DNA of 32,000 nucleotides from Nostoc sp. PCC 7120 = FACHB-418 (GTDB lineage: Bacteria; Cyanobacteriota; Cyanobacteriia; Cyanobacteriales; Nostocaceae), in the NCBI RefSeq assembly GCF_000009705.1, contig NC_003272.1:1530001-1562000 (forward strand). The letters are read 5' to 3'. The number at the start of each line of letters is the position of its first letter. Position 1 is the stretch's first letter. The notes beneath the pieces were generated by a model. That model saw only the letters and a program-made list of their open reading frames with translations. It was not told where the DNA came from and did not search any database. The position numbers and the translations under genes are program-made. Below are positions 1-9,285 of the stretch, in pieces.

Positions 1-710
1 TGGGCGATCGCGCTTTGGCTGTGACTGCGGTTTCACCTTCGTTGTTACCAGAGGAACTAGAAGACGCGAAAATTCAAGCCGCAACGATTGGTATTTCCCA
101 TAAAATTGTCCAAACTTACGAAATGGACAACCCGAATTACACATCGAATCCCGTCAACCGTTGTTATTTTTGCAAAAGCGAATTACACGACACCCTAAAA
201 CCTTTGGCTTTAGAGATGGGCTACCCTTATGTGGTGGATGGGGTCAATGCTGATGATTTGCATGATTATCGTCCAGGGATTCAAGCCGCGAAGGAAAGAG
301 GGGCGCGATCGCCTTTAGCAGAATTTGGTATTACTAAATTAGAAGTTAGACAGCTTTCCCAGCAATTAGGCTTACCTTGGTGGGAAAAACCAGCCCAGCC
401 TTGTCTGAGTTCCCGCTTTCCCTACGGTGAGGAAATTACCATAGCCAAATTGCAACGTGTAGGTAGAGCCGAAATTTATCTCAGGAAGTTAGGTTGGCAA
501 AATTTGCGCGTCCGTTCTGAAGAAGATACAGCTCGGATTGAATTACCGCCAGAAAAAATCAAAGATTTTGTCCTCACAACAGATTTACCTTCTGTAGTCA
601 CTGCATTCCAAGAGTTGGGATTTATCTACGTCACCTTAGATTTAGAAGGTTATCGCAGTGGTAAATTAAACCAAGTCCTCAATCAGGCAAATACCGCACT
701 AAAAGTCTAA
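1..710 (+). CDS. larE: LarE-type PP-loop ATP-dependent sulfur transferase (TIGR00268-like); N-terminus lies upstream of the window
   Basis: The frame of ORF 15..710 stays open back to the window edge. Motifs NRCYFCK, DGVNADDLHDYRPG, RSPL, CLSSRFPYG and ARIE are typical of LarE / adenine nucleotide alpha-hydrolase proteins. The PP-loop itself would lie outside the window. Confidence 0.75.
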   Translation, partial: GDRALAVTAVSPSLLPEELEDAKIQAATIGISHKIVQTYEMDNPNYTSNPVNRCYFCKSELHDTLKPLALEMGYPYVVDGVNADDLHDYRPGIQAAKERGARSPLAEFGITKLEVRQLSQQLGLPWWEKPAQPCLSSRFPYGEEITIAKLQRVGRAEIYLRKLGWQNLRVRSEEDTARIELPPEKIKDFVLTTDLPSVVTAFQELGFIYVTLDLEGYRSGKLNQVLNQANTALKV

Positions 711-720
711 TCACCAGTTA

Positions 721-1137
721 TCAAAAAGTCTCTGCTTCCACAGAAACGAGAATACAACCATTAATCCTCCAACTATCATCTGGTTGTTTCTCCATAAAAT
801 ACAAAGCCCTGAGAGGAACACCATCGGGTGCTAAAAGCAACACTGGTTGAGTGATATTGTCCTGAATTGTGGTAACTTTCTCAAAAAAAACTGAGCGTGG
901 ACGATACACCGCCGGATAACTCATGCTCACCATCCGCAGGAAATTTTCCGCATTTTGAAACTGCTCTTGAATTGCTGGGGCAGCACAAGCAAAAGCACTT
1001 GGTGCATCATCTTGTTGAAAAGCTGCTAATTGGCTTTCAATCACAGATCGGATGGTAAGAAAATCTTGATCAGTAACTTCCATAAATGTATAAATTACGG
1101 TAGTTTTTGTTAACTGTTGACTGTTAACGGTCAACAT
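721..1137 (-). CDS. DUF4864-like (NTF2-fold) hypothetical protein
   Basis: 138-aa ORF. The pattern QLAAFQQDD..AF..AAP.IQEQF....F..MV and the C-terminal W.ING match my memory of DUF4864. Its start overlaps the stop of the upstream SGNH gene by 14 nt. An alternative ATG lies at 1080. Confidence 0.6.
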   Translation of the reverse strand: MLTVNSQQLTKTTVIYTFMEVTDQDFLTIRSVIESQLAAFQQDDAPSAFACAAPAIQEQFQNAENFLRMVSMSYPAVYRPRSVFFEKVTTIQDNITQPVLLLAPDGVPLRALYFMEKQPDDSWRINGCILVSVEAETF

Positions 1138-2275
1138 TTTTGTTTTGAGAGAGTTTGAATTCTACCTGTTGGATAGCAAATCGCCACACATCATAACCAT
1201 CAGCCGACAAATGCAAGCCATCTGTGGTTAAATCAGCACGTAAATTGCCATCACCGTCTGTAAACCAACTATGAATATCTAAATAATTTACTTTTTCTTT
1301 TTTAGCAATTTGAGCCAGTTTTGTATTAATTTCTCGAATCCGACTATTAGAAATTGTTGGCAGGTGAGTAGGTAATATAGATTGTATAAAAATCTGAGTC
1401 CTGGGGTGAGACTGCCGTAATCTCCGAACCATCTGGCGGTGATTACGTAAAATTACTTCATCGCTGGTTCCTTTTCGTAGGTCATTAATCCCAGCCATGA
1501 TGTAGATAGCATCGGGACGCGTGTATGAAAACGCTGTCAATCTATTGGCGATACCAGTGGAAGTGTCTCCGGATATACCTTGATTCAGCCACAATTTACC
1601 AGATGGTAGCTTTTCTCTAGGAAACCACATACTCAAGGAATCCCCGACGAGGATACTGAGACGGTTTTTACCTTGACCTTGAGCGATCGCTTTAGCTTCT
1701 AGAGCTAATAGACTTTTCCAATCATCATAAGTTAGTTGCTGCTTTTGAGTTGCATCTCGTAATGATTGTCCACTATCACCATCATGGCGTGTGTAAATCT
1801 GACCTGTTTTCAATGCAGCTAATCGGTAATAGTAAAGTTGATTACCAGAAGTTAATAGTTGGTTATGCGGCTGGGAATTAAGGTTAAAGAATGAATTTAT
1901 GGGTGTTGATGATTCTTGATTGGTAAATTGCAGTAAAGGGTTATCAGAATCGTGAATATTTTTCTCGCCATTTGTTGATTGAGAGGCCTTAGACGGTGAC
2001 AAAGGTTGACTGCTAAATTCGGGGAAGGATACGTTAAAAAGGGTAGGCAAGCTTTTTTCATCCCCATCCTGTGGTAAGCTCTCAAACGCCTGTGCTAGTT
2101 GGTTACTGAATGGGGATAAAGATGTATCCTCAGTAATCACATTCGGTGAACTTTGTTTTATATCCGACGCGAAACTAGAATTATCTGGCAGGATATCCGA
2201 TATCTGTGGTAGAGCTGATGCTGGTAGTGTCAATCCTGTTAACAAACCTACTGCCAACAGATAAGAATCCCTCAT
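1124..2275 (-). CDS. Secreted SGNH/GDSL-family hydrolase with a long Ser/Pro/Gln-rich N-terminal linker
   Basis: Signal-peptide-like N-terminus (LLAVGLLTGLTLPASA). SGNH blocks are present: I (VGDSLS), II (GISGDTS), III (AGINDL) and V (DGLHLS). Confidence 0.8.
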   Translation of the reverse strand: MRDSYLLAVGLLTGLTLPASALPQISDILPDNSSFASDIKQSSPNVITEDTSLSPFSNQLAQAFESLPQDGDEKSLPTLFNVSFPEFSSQPLSPSKASQSTNGEKNIHDSDNPLLQFTNQESSTPINSFFNLNSQPHNQLLTSGNQLYYYRLAALKTGQIYTRHDGDSGQSLRDATQKQQLTYDDWKSLLALEAKAIAQGQGKNRLSILVGDSLSMWFPREKLPSGKLWLNQGISGDTSTGIANRLTAFSYTRPDAIYIMAGINDLRKGTSDEVILRNHRQMVRRLRQSHPRTQIFIQSILPTHLPTISNSRIREINTKLAQIAKKEKVNYLDIHSWFTDGDGNLRADLTTDGLHLSADGYDVWRFAIQQVEFKLSQNKNVDR

Positions 2276-2668
2276 CGCTTTATGTCTCCTCTGTGTACTT
2301 TTTTGTTCTATGACAGTTTTGATTTCCTACATTCAGGAATTTTACTGTTGCTAAAATATTATTTTTATTGAAAACGTATAGTTCTGTAAACTAGGTTAAC
2401 GAGATCATATTTAACAATTCACCAATTCTTTAAAGCATATCTTGGGGTTTAATTAGTAAAGATGATTGCCCTGATGTTAACAGCCTGTACTAATAGGACG
2501 TTAACTAAGTATTATTACTCTCGTCATGATATATGTAATAATTACTACCTAACTTCAGCATATCTTCCGTATCAAGACTTGTAAATATTCATCTTTATCC
2601 ATTTAAATAAATTTCTATTGGTATAGAAGAAACCAGGATAAAGTGCTAAGATTTAGTCGAAGTGATTG

Positions 2669-2881
2669 ATGATTCCCCGTAATTTTGTGGCTAGAGCTAG
2701 TACAGCAATTGGTGTTAGTCCGATTATTAAAGAGATTGTGCAGAAACAGGCACATTCTACCCGTTTAACCCTAAAAGAGGTAATTCTCATGGGAATGTTA
2801 GCAATAGATAAACTTGACGATCAAGGTCGTCAAGAGTTGGCAGACAAGGTTCATCAAATGCAGGTTAATGGTGAAATATAA
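2669..2881 (+). CDS. Small hypothetical protein (70 aa)
   Basis: ORF only, ATG at 2669. No motif recognised. It is convergent with the methyltransferase gene and preceded by about 390 bp of very AT-rich non-coding DNA. Confidence 0.35.
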   Translation: MIPRNFVARASTAIGVSPIIKEIVQKQAHSTRLTLKEVILMGMLAIDKLDDQGRQELADKVHQMQVNGEI

Positions 2882-2882
2882 A

Positions 2883-2946
2883 TTTGTTTGCTCTATTTAA
2901 TAGTCACAAGGTCATAACTCCATTGATTGGCTATTAAGCAAACAAA
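2883..2946. terminator. Long hairpin between convergent genes (candidate bidirectional terminator)
   Basis: TTTGTTTGCT(CTATT)TAATAG ... CTATTAAGCAAACAAA gives a 16-bp stem with a 5-nt bulge and a 27-nt loop. Confidence 0.45.
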
Positions 2947-3025
2947 AATAAGGATATAAACCCCTAAATTGTTTATGGGAATTGTGGTTCCGGACTCTGA
3001 ATTTGGAATTTTTTGTAGTGGCTGA

Positions 3026-3931
3026 CTATTCACTAAATCTATAGCGACTTCCCAGAACATAATCCTGATTAATTTCCACAGCAATCCAACGACGTTGCCA
3101 AGTCTCAGCAACAAACCCAGTAGTATTAGAACCTGCAAATGGGTCTAATACTAAATCCCCTTCATCAGTCAAGAATTTGATGAAGAACTCAGCAAACCCC
3201 TGAGGAAATCTAGCCGGATGAGGTTTAACCCCTGCTGCTTTACAACGTCGTAAATAAGTACTGTTGGATTCAGTATTAGCAATTTCTAGCAAATTTGGGG
3301 GAATTGCACCCTGATTATCTTTTTGAAACTTATCAGAAATATCATGTCCACTGGGACGAACTTGCGCTTTATAACCTTTTTCGAGTAGTCGCTTCATACT
3401 CTGGCTATAAGGTTTTAAAATTTTTTTGTTATCTGCTTTGGGATTAGGGGTTTTTGATAGCCACCAAACAATATTTACTGCATCTTTGACACGGACTCTT
3501 CTAATCGTTACCCATTCAGCCGGGGTAGGTAATCGCGCAGGATTGTAATGATAGAATTCCTGAGCCAGAAAAAAACCAACTTCCTTACATAATTTCACTA
3601 GCAGTTCGTATTGATAAATACTCCGCACAGGATTTCCCGGAAGATATGCGCCACCTAAATCTAAAATAAATGAGCCATTTTCCGTCAATACTCTCTTAAA
3701 TTCGTCAGCAAAAGGTAAAAACCATTCAATATATTTTTCTGCGCTTTCGTTGCCGTATTCTTTTTTACGCGTTAAAGCGAATGGTGGTGAAGTGAGGATT
3801 AAGTTAACACTATTGTCGGGGATAGATTTAATAATTTCCAAACAGTCGCCTAAATATACTGCTCCGTGTTGCTGGGTGTAAGAAGGTATAAAATTAGTTA
3901 ATTTAATGGTTGTTGTTTGTTGTGAGTTCAA
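3026..3931 (-). CDS. Beta-class DNA methyltransferase, PvuII-type N4-cytosine methyltransferase family (N6_N4_Mtase)
   Basis: Motif IV is TSPPF (the S-P-P-F/Y form typical of N4mC enzymes), followed by RKKEYGN. Also present are RVKDAVN..WW.SK, RPSGHDI, IPPNLL, HPARFP and the AdoMet motif DPFAGSNTTG. The order and spacing closely follow my memory of M.PvuII. Confidence 0.85.
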   Translation of the reverse strand: MNSQQTTTIKLTNFIPSYTQQHGAVYLGDCLEIIKSIPDNSVNLILTSPPFALTRKKEYGNESAEKYIEWFLPFADEFKRVLTENGSFILDLGGAYLPGNPVRSIYQYELLVKLCKEVGFFLAQEFYHYNPARLPTPAEWVTIRRVRVKDAVNIVWWLSKTPNPKADNKKILKPYSQSMKRLLEKGYKAQVRPSGHDISDKFQKDNQGAIPPNLLEIANTESNSTYLRRCKAAGVKPHPARFPQGFAEFFIKFLTDEGDLVLDPFAGSNTTGFVAETWQRRWIAVEINQDYVLGSRYRFSE

Positions 3932-3963
3932 GCGACATTTAAGTTATGGCGATGAGTCAAAGA

Positions 3964-4404
3964 CTACCACTTTTTGTAAGGTAAGAATTTACCAGACATA
4001 GTAATCTTAACGCGATCGCCTTTCGGATCTGCTTCTTTTTCCACATCCAAGGTAAAGTCAATTGCACTCATAATTCCATCGCCAAACTTTTCTTGGATGA
4101 CTTCCTTAATGGGAAAGCCATAGACCTGCATAATCTCATAGAAACGGTAAATCAGTGGGTCTGTAGGCACAACTGGCCCTAAGCCTTTGACTGGGTATTC
4201 AGTTAAATGTTTAATATAGCTGGAGTCTAATCCCAAGGCTTCCACCAGTAACTTAGCTTCTTCCTCAGATGCACTTGCTTGGCGGTAGAATAAAGCAGCA
4301 ATACACACTTCATCCCGCCCCAAAGTTGCTTCTAAGTCAGCAAAGCTGAGTCCTTTATCTTTCTTGGCCTGTAACAGAGTTTGCGTAATTTCCGGTATCG
4401 ACAT
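3964..4404 (-). CDS. cynS: Cyanase (cyanate hydratase)
   Basis: 146 aa. The C-terminal half ([17 protein letters not shown]...[23 protein letters not shown]...GKFLPY) matches the cyanase catalytic domain. The N-terminal half is HTH-like ([12 protein letters not shown]). Confidence 0.93.
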   Translation of the reverse strand: MSIPEITQTLLQAKKDKGLSFADLEATLGRDEVCIAALFYRQASASEEEAKLLVEALGLDSSYIKHLTEYPVKGLGPVVPTDPLIYRFYEIMQVYGFPIKEVIQEKFGDGIMSAIDFTLDVEKEADPKGDRVKITMSGKFLPYKKW

Positions 4405-4540
4405 CTGATAAATCTTCTACTGAATTATTTTGTCAGAGAAAATTTTACCATGACGCAGCAAGGTGTAGGCGATGAGTTAGGCTCCACCGTAGGTGATCGT
4501 AGGTCATTGTAGTTCCCTCTTCTACCTGGGTACAAATTTA

Positions 4541-4564
4541 TTTTGAATTTTGAATTTTGAATTT
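4541..4564. repeat. Tandem heptamer (TTTTGAA) x3
   Basis: Read directly from the sequence, in the intergenic region between cynS and the next gene. Confidence 0.9.
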
Positions 4565-4575
4565 ATTAATCTGTG

Positions 4576-5004
4576 TTAAACCACAATCTCCCCACTCATG
4601 CGCTGTTCTAATAATTCCAACAACCCATCTATATCCTTCCCAACTTGCTCAAAACAGACTGGTGGCGGGGGTTCTGGTGCAAACTGAATTAACTTAATTT
4701 CACCCTTACCAATACCAATCATCAAGACTTCAATTTCTGGTTGATTATGTTCAATAATTCCCAAAAGTTCCTGAAGTCGATTTTCTACATTATTATTTAA
4801 TTTCTCTACAGCGTCTTTCGGGCAGTAAACAAAATGTGGTGTAGGCTGTAAATCGATACCTATAGTACCTTGACTATCACCATTTTCTAACCATAATCCC
4901 CAAAAAAGTGCAGCCAAATCTTGCTGGTTTTCTTTGACAAACCTATCTAACTGGCTACGCCACTTACTATCACCTGATTCCGGCTTAGTACTACCAAACA
5001 TCAT
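4576..5004 (-). CDS. Conserved-looking hypothetical protein (142 aa)
   Basis: ORF with ordinary composition and no motif I can assign confidently. Acidic and soluble, containing EPPPPVCFEQ. Confidence 0.55.
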   Translation of the reverse strand: MMFGSTKPESGDSKWRSQLDRFVKENQQDLAALFWGLWLENGDSQGTIGIDLQPTPHFVYCPKDAVEKLNNNVENRLQELLGIIEHNQPEIEVLMIGIGKGEIKLIQFAPEPPPPVCFEQVGKDIDGLLELLEQRMSGEIVV

Positions 5005-5013
5005 AAATAATTA

Positions 5014-5034
5014 GTCATTGGTCAACAGTCAACA
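5014..5034. repeat. STRR-type heptamers (GTCATTG GTCAACA GTCAACA)
   Basis: Read directly from the sequence. Confidence 0.85.
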
Positions 5035-5035
5035 C

Positions 5036-5766
5036 CAGCGATCGCTCAATAGCTGCTTCTGTTTTATTATCCAATGCCGAGGTTGCTTTATCTAAAATCA
5101 AAACCTGCAAATTCTTAAAACCCCCTCGTGCAATGGCGATTCTTTGTCTTTGTTTCCCCCACATCGGCGTAACGTGGTACTAGCCATATCTAGAAAGCAA
5201 CCCCCAACCCTAAAGAATAAACCGTATTGCTAAAATAGCCATCCAAGCGATGCTGGGAGTCAAAATAAAGAATGCACCACCAACGACTACAATAGTCATG
5301 ACTACTTGGATAATGTCGTTAGCGCCACGTCCACAAAACGTTCTAGTTGGTTAACATCGTCACTGAGGATAGACATGAAAGCACCTGTACTGTGTTCCTC
5401 AATATAAGCTAATTCCAACTCTTGTAGGTAACTGTATGCGTTTAAACGTAGGTTATACTGGATATTCTGTGCTAGGTTACGCCATAACACGCGATAGCGA
5501 CACTCAAAAAATGACTCTAGCATCCAAGTGATGACTGTGAGCAGCGCCACAATTAAAAATTGCCCAAAGATATCTTTTATTCCCAACTGAGCAATGATAG
5601 AATCCTGCTGCTTAACTACCACATCCACCGCCATAGCAATTAAAGCTGGGGAAGCCAAATCAAAAAGTTTATTTAGAATCGAGCAACCAGCCGCCAAACA
5701 CAATTGTTGACGATACTCGTATCCATAGTTAAACAGGCGCTGTAGAGGGTGTGCAGAATGTCTATG
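5036..5766 (-). pseudogene. Decayed ABC exporter (fused TMD-NBD, MsbA/ABCB-type) remnant
   Basis: My hand translation of the minus strand gives an N-terminal TMD (LFNYGYEYRQQLCLAAGCSILNK...DDVNQLERF). A frameshift near 5325 is followed by GANDIIQVVMTIVVVGGAFFILTPSIAWMAILAIRFIL and an in-frame TAG. The sequence then jumps directly to the ABC signature/Walker B region ([12 protein letters not shown]....[22 protein letters not shown]) and ends. No start codon, Walker A, Q-loop or H-loop is present. Confidence 0.8.
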
Positions 5767-5846
5767 CCTTTGTCATACCCGGTGAGACGGAGATGCTATG
5801 GCCACAGCCGTTGAAAGCTGTGTGCAACTGATATTACCACAGAGTT

Positions 5847-5903
5847 GGGGACTGGGAATTGGGGACAGAGATAACTGTCAACTGTCAACTGTCAACTATT
5901 AAC
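5847..5903. repeat. STRR-type heptamer arrays (GGGGACT-like x3, then AACTGTC x3-4)
   Basis: Read directly from the sequence. The arrays create the artificial N-terminal extension of ORF 5859..6767. Confidence 0.85.
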
Positions 5904-5918
5904 TACGGAGAAACAAGC

Positions 5919-6767
5919 TTGAAAAATCAGCAATTGGGAAATTGGCAAACTACTGTGTTCGGAATTTTGGTGGCAATAATTGTGATTATTGGGTTAAATT
6001 CCTTTATTATTATCAATCCAGGGCAAGCAGGAGTGTTGAGTATCTTAGGGAAAGCTAGGGATGGCGCGTTACTAGAGGGGATTCACTTGAAACCGCCTTT
6101 GATTTCGGCGATAGATGTTTATGATCTCACCGTCCAAAAATTTGAAGTACCAGCAGAAAGTTCTACCAAAGATTTACAAAATTTGTCTGCTCGGTTTGCC
6201 ATTAACTTTCGCTTAGATCCCATCCAGGTGGTAGATGTGAGAAGAAAGCAAGGAACTCTAGAAAATATTGTCTCAAAAATTATCGCTCCTCAAACACAAG
6301 AAGCATTCAAAATTGCAGCCGCTAGAAGAACGGTGGAAGAAGCAATTACCAAACGGAGTGAATTAAAAGAAGACTTCGATAATGCTTTAGGCGATCGCTT
6401 AGATAAATATGGAATAATAGTATTAGATACTAGCGTAGTTGACTTGACATTCTCGCCAGAATTTGCCAGAGCCGTAGAAGAAAAACAAATTGCTGAACAA
6501 CGCGCCCAAAGAGCCGTTTACGTAGCGAGAGAAGCCGAACAAGAAGCGCAAGCAGAAATTAATCGAGCCAAAGGGAAAGCAGAAGCCCAAAGACTTTTAG
6601 CAGAAACTCTCAAAGCTCAAGGTGGGCAATTAGTACTGCAAAAAGAAGCCATAGAAGCCTGGAAAACTGGTGGCGCGCAAATGCCCAAGGTTCTAGTCAT
6701 GGGTAAAGAATCACCAGGCAGTGTACCCTTTATCTTTAATCTAGGAAACACCCAAAATTTAAACTAA
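5919..6767 (+). CDS. SPFH/band-7 (prohibitin-family) membrane protein
   Basis: One N-terminal TM helix (TTVFGILVAIIVIIGLNSFIII), then an SPFH core (NPGQAGV...GIHLKPP...V.DLTFS.EF..AVE.K) and a Glu/Ala/Gln-rich coiled coil. The proposed TTG start at 5919 sits 8 nt after GGAG. The 5' end is uncertain (the track ORF starts at 5859). Confidence 0.8.
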   Translation: MKNQQLGNWQTTVFGILVAIIVIIGLNSFIIINPGQAGVLSILGKARDGALLEGIHLKPPLISAIDVYDLTVQKFEVPAESSTKDLQNLSARFAINFRLDPIQVVDVRRKQGTLENIVSKIIAPQTQEAFKIAAARRTVEEAITKRSELKEDFDNALGDRLDKYGIIVLDTSVVDLTFSPEFARAVEEKQIAEQRAQRAVYVAREAEQEAQAEINRAKGKAEAQRLLAETLKAQGGQLVLQKEAIEAWKTGGAQMPKVLVMGKESPGSVPFIFNLGNTQNLN

Positions 6768-6815
6768 TTGTCTGCTCACACACAAACACAACTTAGGAAC
6801 ATAATAAAGTAGTTT

Positions 6816-7232
6816 ATGTCAATGCCCAATCATCCCAATCTTACCACCGCCGACGCGAAAAAAATTCTCAATAAATTCAATTGCTTAGATATCGCCCCGA
6901 TTCTCAAGCCATCAGAAAAAGAATCAGTTCGTCGGGCATTGATTTTGATCACCAAACTTTCTGACTATCAAATATTAGGAATTTGCGCCGATACAGCCGA
7001 AGAAGGACTACTAGCTATGAGAACTTATTCTCACGCTTTAGGTTATGAAGTCCCCATTGATTTACCTGTAGTTGAAGGCCCAGTCTACATCAAATTAAAT
7101 GGCAAAAATGGTCTGTGTTATCTCGATTCCTATGCCGGACATCATCGCGGTGTTCTAGTATCATGCCAATCTTACTATGAAGGAGGAATCAACGAAATGT
7201 ATGGACATCTACCCCTCGACCTATTTGTTTAA
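6816..7232 (+). CDS. Hypothetical protein (138 aa)
   Basis: ORF with ordinary composition in a compact gene context. No motif assigned with confidence. Confidence 0.55.
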   Translation: MSMPNHPNLTTADAKKILNKFNCLDIAPILKPSEKESVRRALILITKLSDYQILGICADTAEEGLLAMRTYSHALGYEVPIDLPVVEGPVYIKLNGKNGLCYLDSYAGHHRGVLVSCQSYYEGGINEMYGHLPLDLFV

Positions 7233-7344
7233 AAGTTTAGATTGAATCTGAGGTACGCTACACTCAATAAACGTACCTCTTCCTCCTAAAATATTTTGAA
7301 TTTTGCGCCTGTGTGTCAGCTAAAAAGTATCTTTTAAAATTGCT

Positions 7345-9285
7345 ATGAGCGTCATCACATTACAATCAGTTAAAAAAGACTTTGGAATCAAAGAAATTTT
7401 AAAAGATGCGAGCTTTAGTTTAGATGCTACAGATAAAGTTGGCTTAATAGGTACAAACGGTTCCGGCAAATCCACTTTATTAAAAATGATCGCCGGCATA
7501 GAATCTATTGATAGTGGACAAATTCTCTGTACTTCTGGTTCTAAAATCATCTACTTACCCCAACAGCCAGACTTAGATGAAAATCGTACTGTTTTAGAAC
7601 AGATTTTCGCCGACAGTGGCGAACAAATGACATTAGTACGTGAGTATGAAGAACTTTCTGATAAACTAGCTCACTACCCAGAAGATAGCCAAATCATGTC
7701 CCGCCTTTCTGTTGTCATGCAGCGCATGGACGCAACTAACGCTTGGGAGTTAGAAACTAATGCCAAAATTATCCTCAGCAGGCTAGGAATCACTGATTTT
7801 GATGCGCCCATTGGGAGTTTATCTGGCGGCTATCGTAAACGTATAGCTTTAGCTACTGCCTTACTTGCAGAACCAGATGTTTTACTGATGGATGAGCCAA
7901 CAAACCATCTGGATGCTCTATCTGTAGAATGGCTACAAAGCTATCTTAACCGCTTTCGTGGTGCATTATTTCTGATTACACATGATCGCTATTTTTTAGA
8001 TAAAGTCACCAACCGCATCATCGAAATCGACCGAGGCGATGTCTATAACTATGCAGGTAATTACTCATACTACCTGGAAAAAAAAGCTCTGGCGGAAGAA
8101 TCAGCCATTAGTACCCAACGCAAACATCAGGGAGTATTGCGACGAGAACTAGAATGGCTCAAGCGTGGCCCCAAAGCTAGAAGTACTAAGCAAAAAGCCC
8201 GCATTCAACGCGTCCAAGCCATGCGCGAAACTGAGTTTAAACAAACTCAAGGTAAAGTGGATATCTCCACGGTTAGCCGCCGCATTGGCAAAAAAGTGAT
8301 TGATTTGTATAACATTTCTAAAGCCTATGATGACCGCATCTTAATCAAAGATTTTACCTACGAATTTAGCCCGGAAGACCGCATCGGCATTATTGGTGGT
8401 AACGGTGCTGGCAAGTCTACCTTAATGAATATCATCACCGGGCGTGTAGAACCCGATGCCGGTAAAGTAGAAATTGGTTCTACCATCCACATTGGTTATT
8501 TTGACCAACATTCTGAAGAATTACTCACAGCTTTAGATGAAAATCAGCGCGTGATTGACTACATTAAAGAAGAGGGAGAATTTGTTCAGATAGCCGATGG
8601 CACAAAAATTACTGCTTCCCAAATGTTAGAACGGTTTCTTTTTCCAGGGAATCAGCAGTATGCACCAATTCATAAACTATCCGGTGGTGAAAAACGCCGA
8701 TTATTCCTGCTGCGTATCCTCATCAGCGCCCCCAATGTCTTAATTTTAGATGAACCGACAAACGATTTAGATGTGCAAACACTAGCAGTCTTAGAAGACT
8801 ACTTAGAAGATTTTAGCGGTAGCGTCATCGTCGTTTCCCACGATCGCTACTTTTTAGACCGCACTGTTGATACAATATTTGCCTTGGAAGCAGGTGGGAG
8901 CCTGCGGCAATATCCAGGTAATTACTCAGTTTATCTAGACTACAAAAAAGCCGAGGAAGCACAACAAGCAACAGTCAACACTAAAGAAAAGACAAAAAAT
9001 TCCCCAGAAACAAAAGTTACATCGCAAACTAAAGATGTAGAAACTAAAAAACGCCGTAGACTGTCCAATTGGGAAAAGCGGGAATTTGCCGAGCTAGAAG
9101 GCAAAATTGCTCAATTAGAGGATGAAAAAACCCAAGCCGAGCAGGAACTGACTCATGTCCCTCCTGGCAATTATACTCAAGTACAAAAACTCTACGAACA
9201 AATAGAAGCGCTGAAGCAAGCAATTGATGTAGCGACTGAGCGCTGGTTAGAATTAGCTGAGATAGAGTCTTCCGAGAGTGGGTGA
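7345..9285 (+). CDS. ABC-F family ATPase (Uup-type, two NBDs plus C-terminal coiled coil)
   Basis: Two Walker A motifs (GTNGSGKST, GGNGAGKST), two signatures (LSGGYRKR, LSGGEKRR) and two Walker B motifs (LLMDEPTNHLD, LILDEPTNDLD). No TM segments. The tail is Lys/Glu-rich. Confidence 0.92.
   Translation: MSVITLQSVKKDFGIKEILKDASFSLDATDKVGLIGTNGSGKSTLLKMIAGIESIDSGQILCTSGSKIIYLPQQPDLDENRTVLEQIFADSGEQMTLVREYEELSDKLAHYPEDSQIMSRLSVVMQRMDATNAWELETNAKIILSRLGITDFDAPIGSLSGGYRKRIALATALLAEPDVLLMDEPTNHLDALSVEWLQSYLNRFRGALFLITHDRYFLDKVTNRIIEIDRGDVYNYAGNYSYYLEKKALAEESAISTQRKHQGVLRRELEWLKRGPKARSTKQKARIQRVQAMRETEFKQTQGKVDISTVSRRIGKKVIDLYNISKAYDDRILIKDFTYEFSPEDRIGIIGGNGAGKSTLMNIITGRVEPDAGKVEIGSTIHIGYFDQHSEELLTALDENQRVIDYIKEEGEFVQIADGTKITASQMLERFLFPGNQQYAPIHKLSGGEKRRLFLLRILISAPNVLILDEPTNDLDVQTLAVLEDYLEDFSGSVIVVSHDRYFLDRTVDTIFALEAGGSLRQYPGNYSVYLDYKKAEEAQQATVNTKEKTKNSPETKVTSQTKDVETKKRRRLSNWEKREFAELEGKIAQLEDEKTQAEQELTHVPPGNYTQVQKLYEQIEALKQAIDVATERWLELAEIESSESG

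Noticed and set aside
2276-3025. Searched for a decayed PvuII-like endonuclease or C-protein next to the methyltransferase.
   Set aside because: The region is stop-rich in the frames I read. The only ORF (2669..2881) shows no resemblance to the R.PvuII catalytic region (D..E.K context) or to an HTH controller protein. This needs tBLASTn to be definitive.
4576-5004. Tempted to call the 142-aa protein a carboxysome-related assembly factor (CcmS-like), given the nearby inorganic-carbon genes.
   Set aside because: This rests on vague memory of annotation strings only. I cannot point to a diagnostic motif, so it remains a hypothetical protein.
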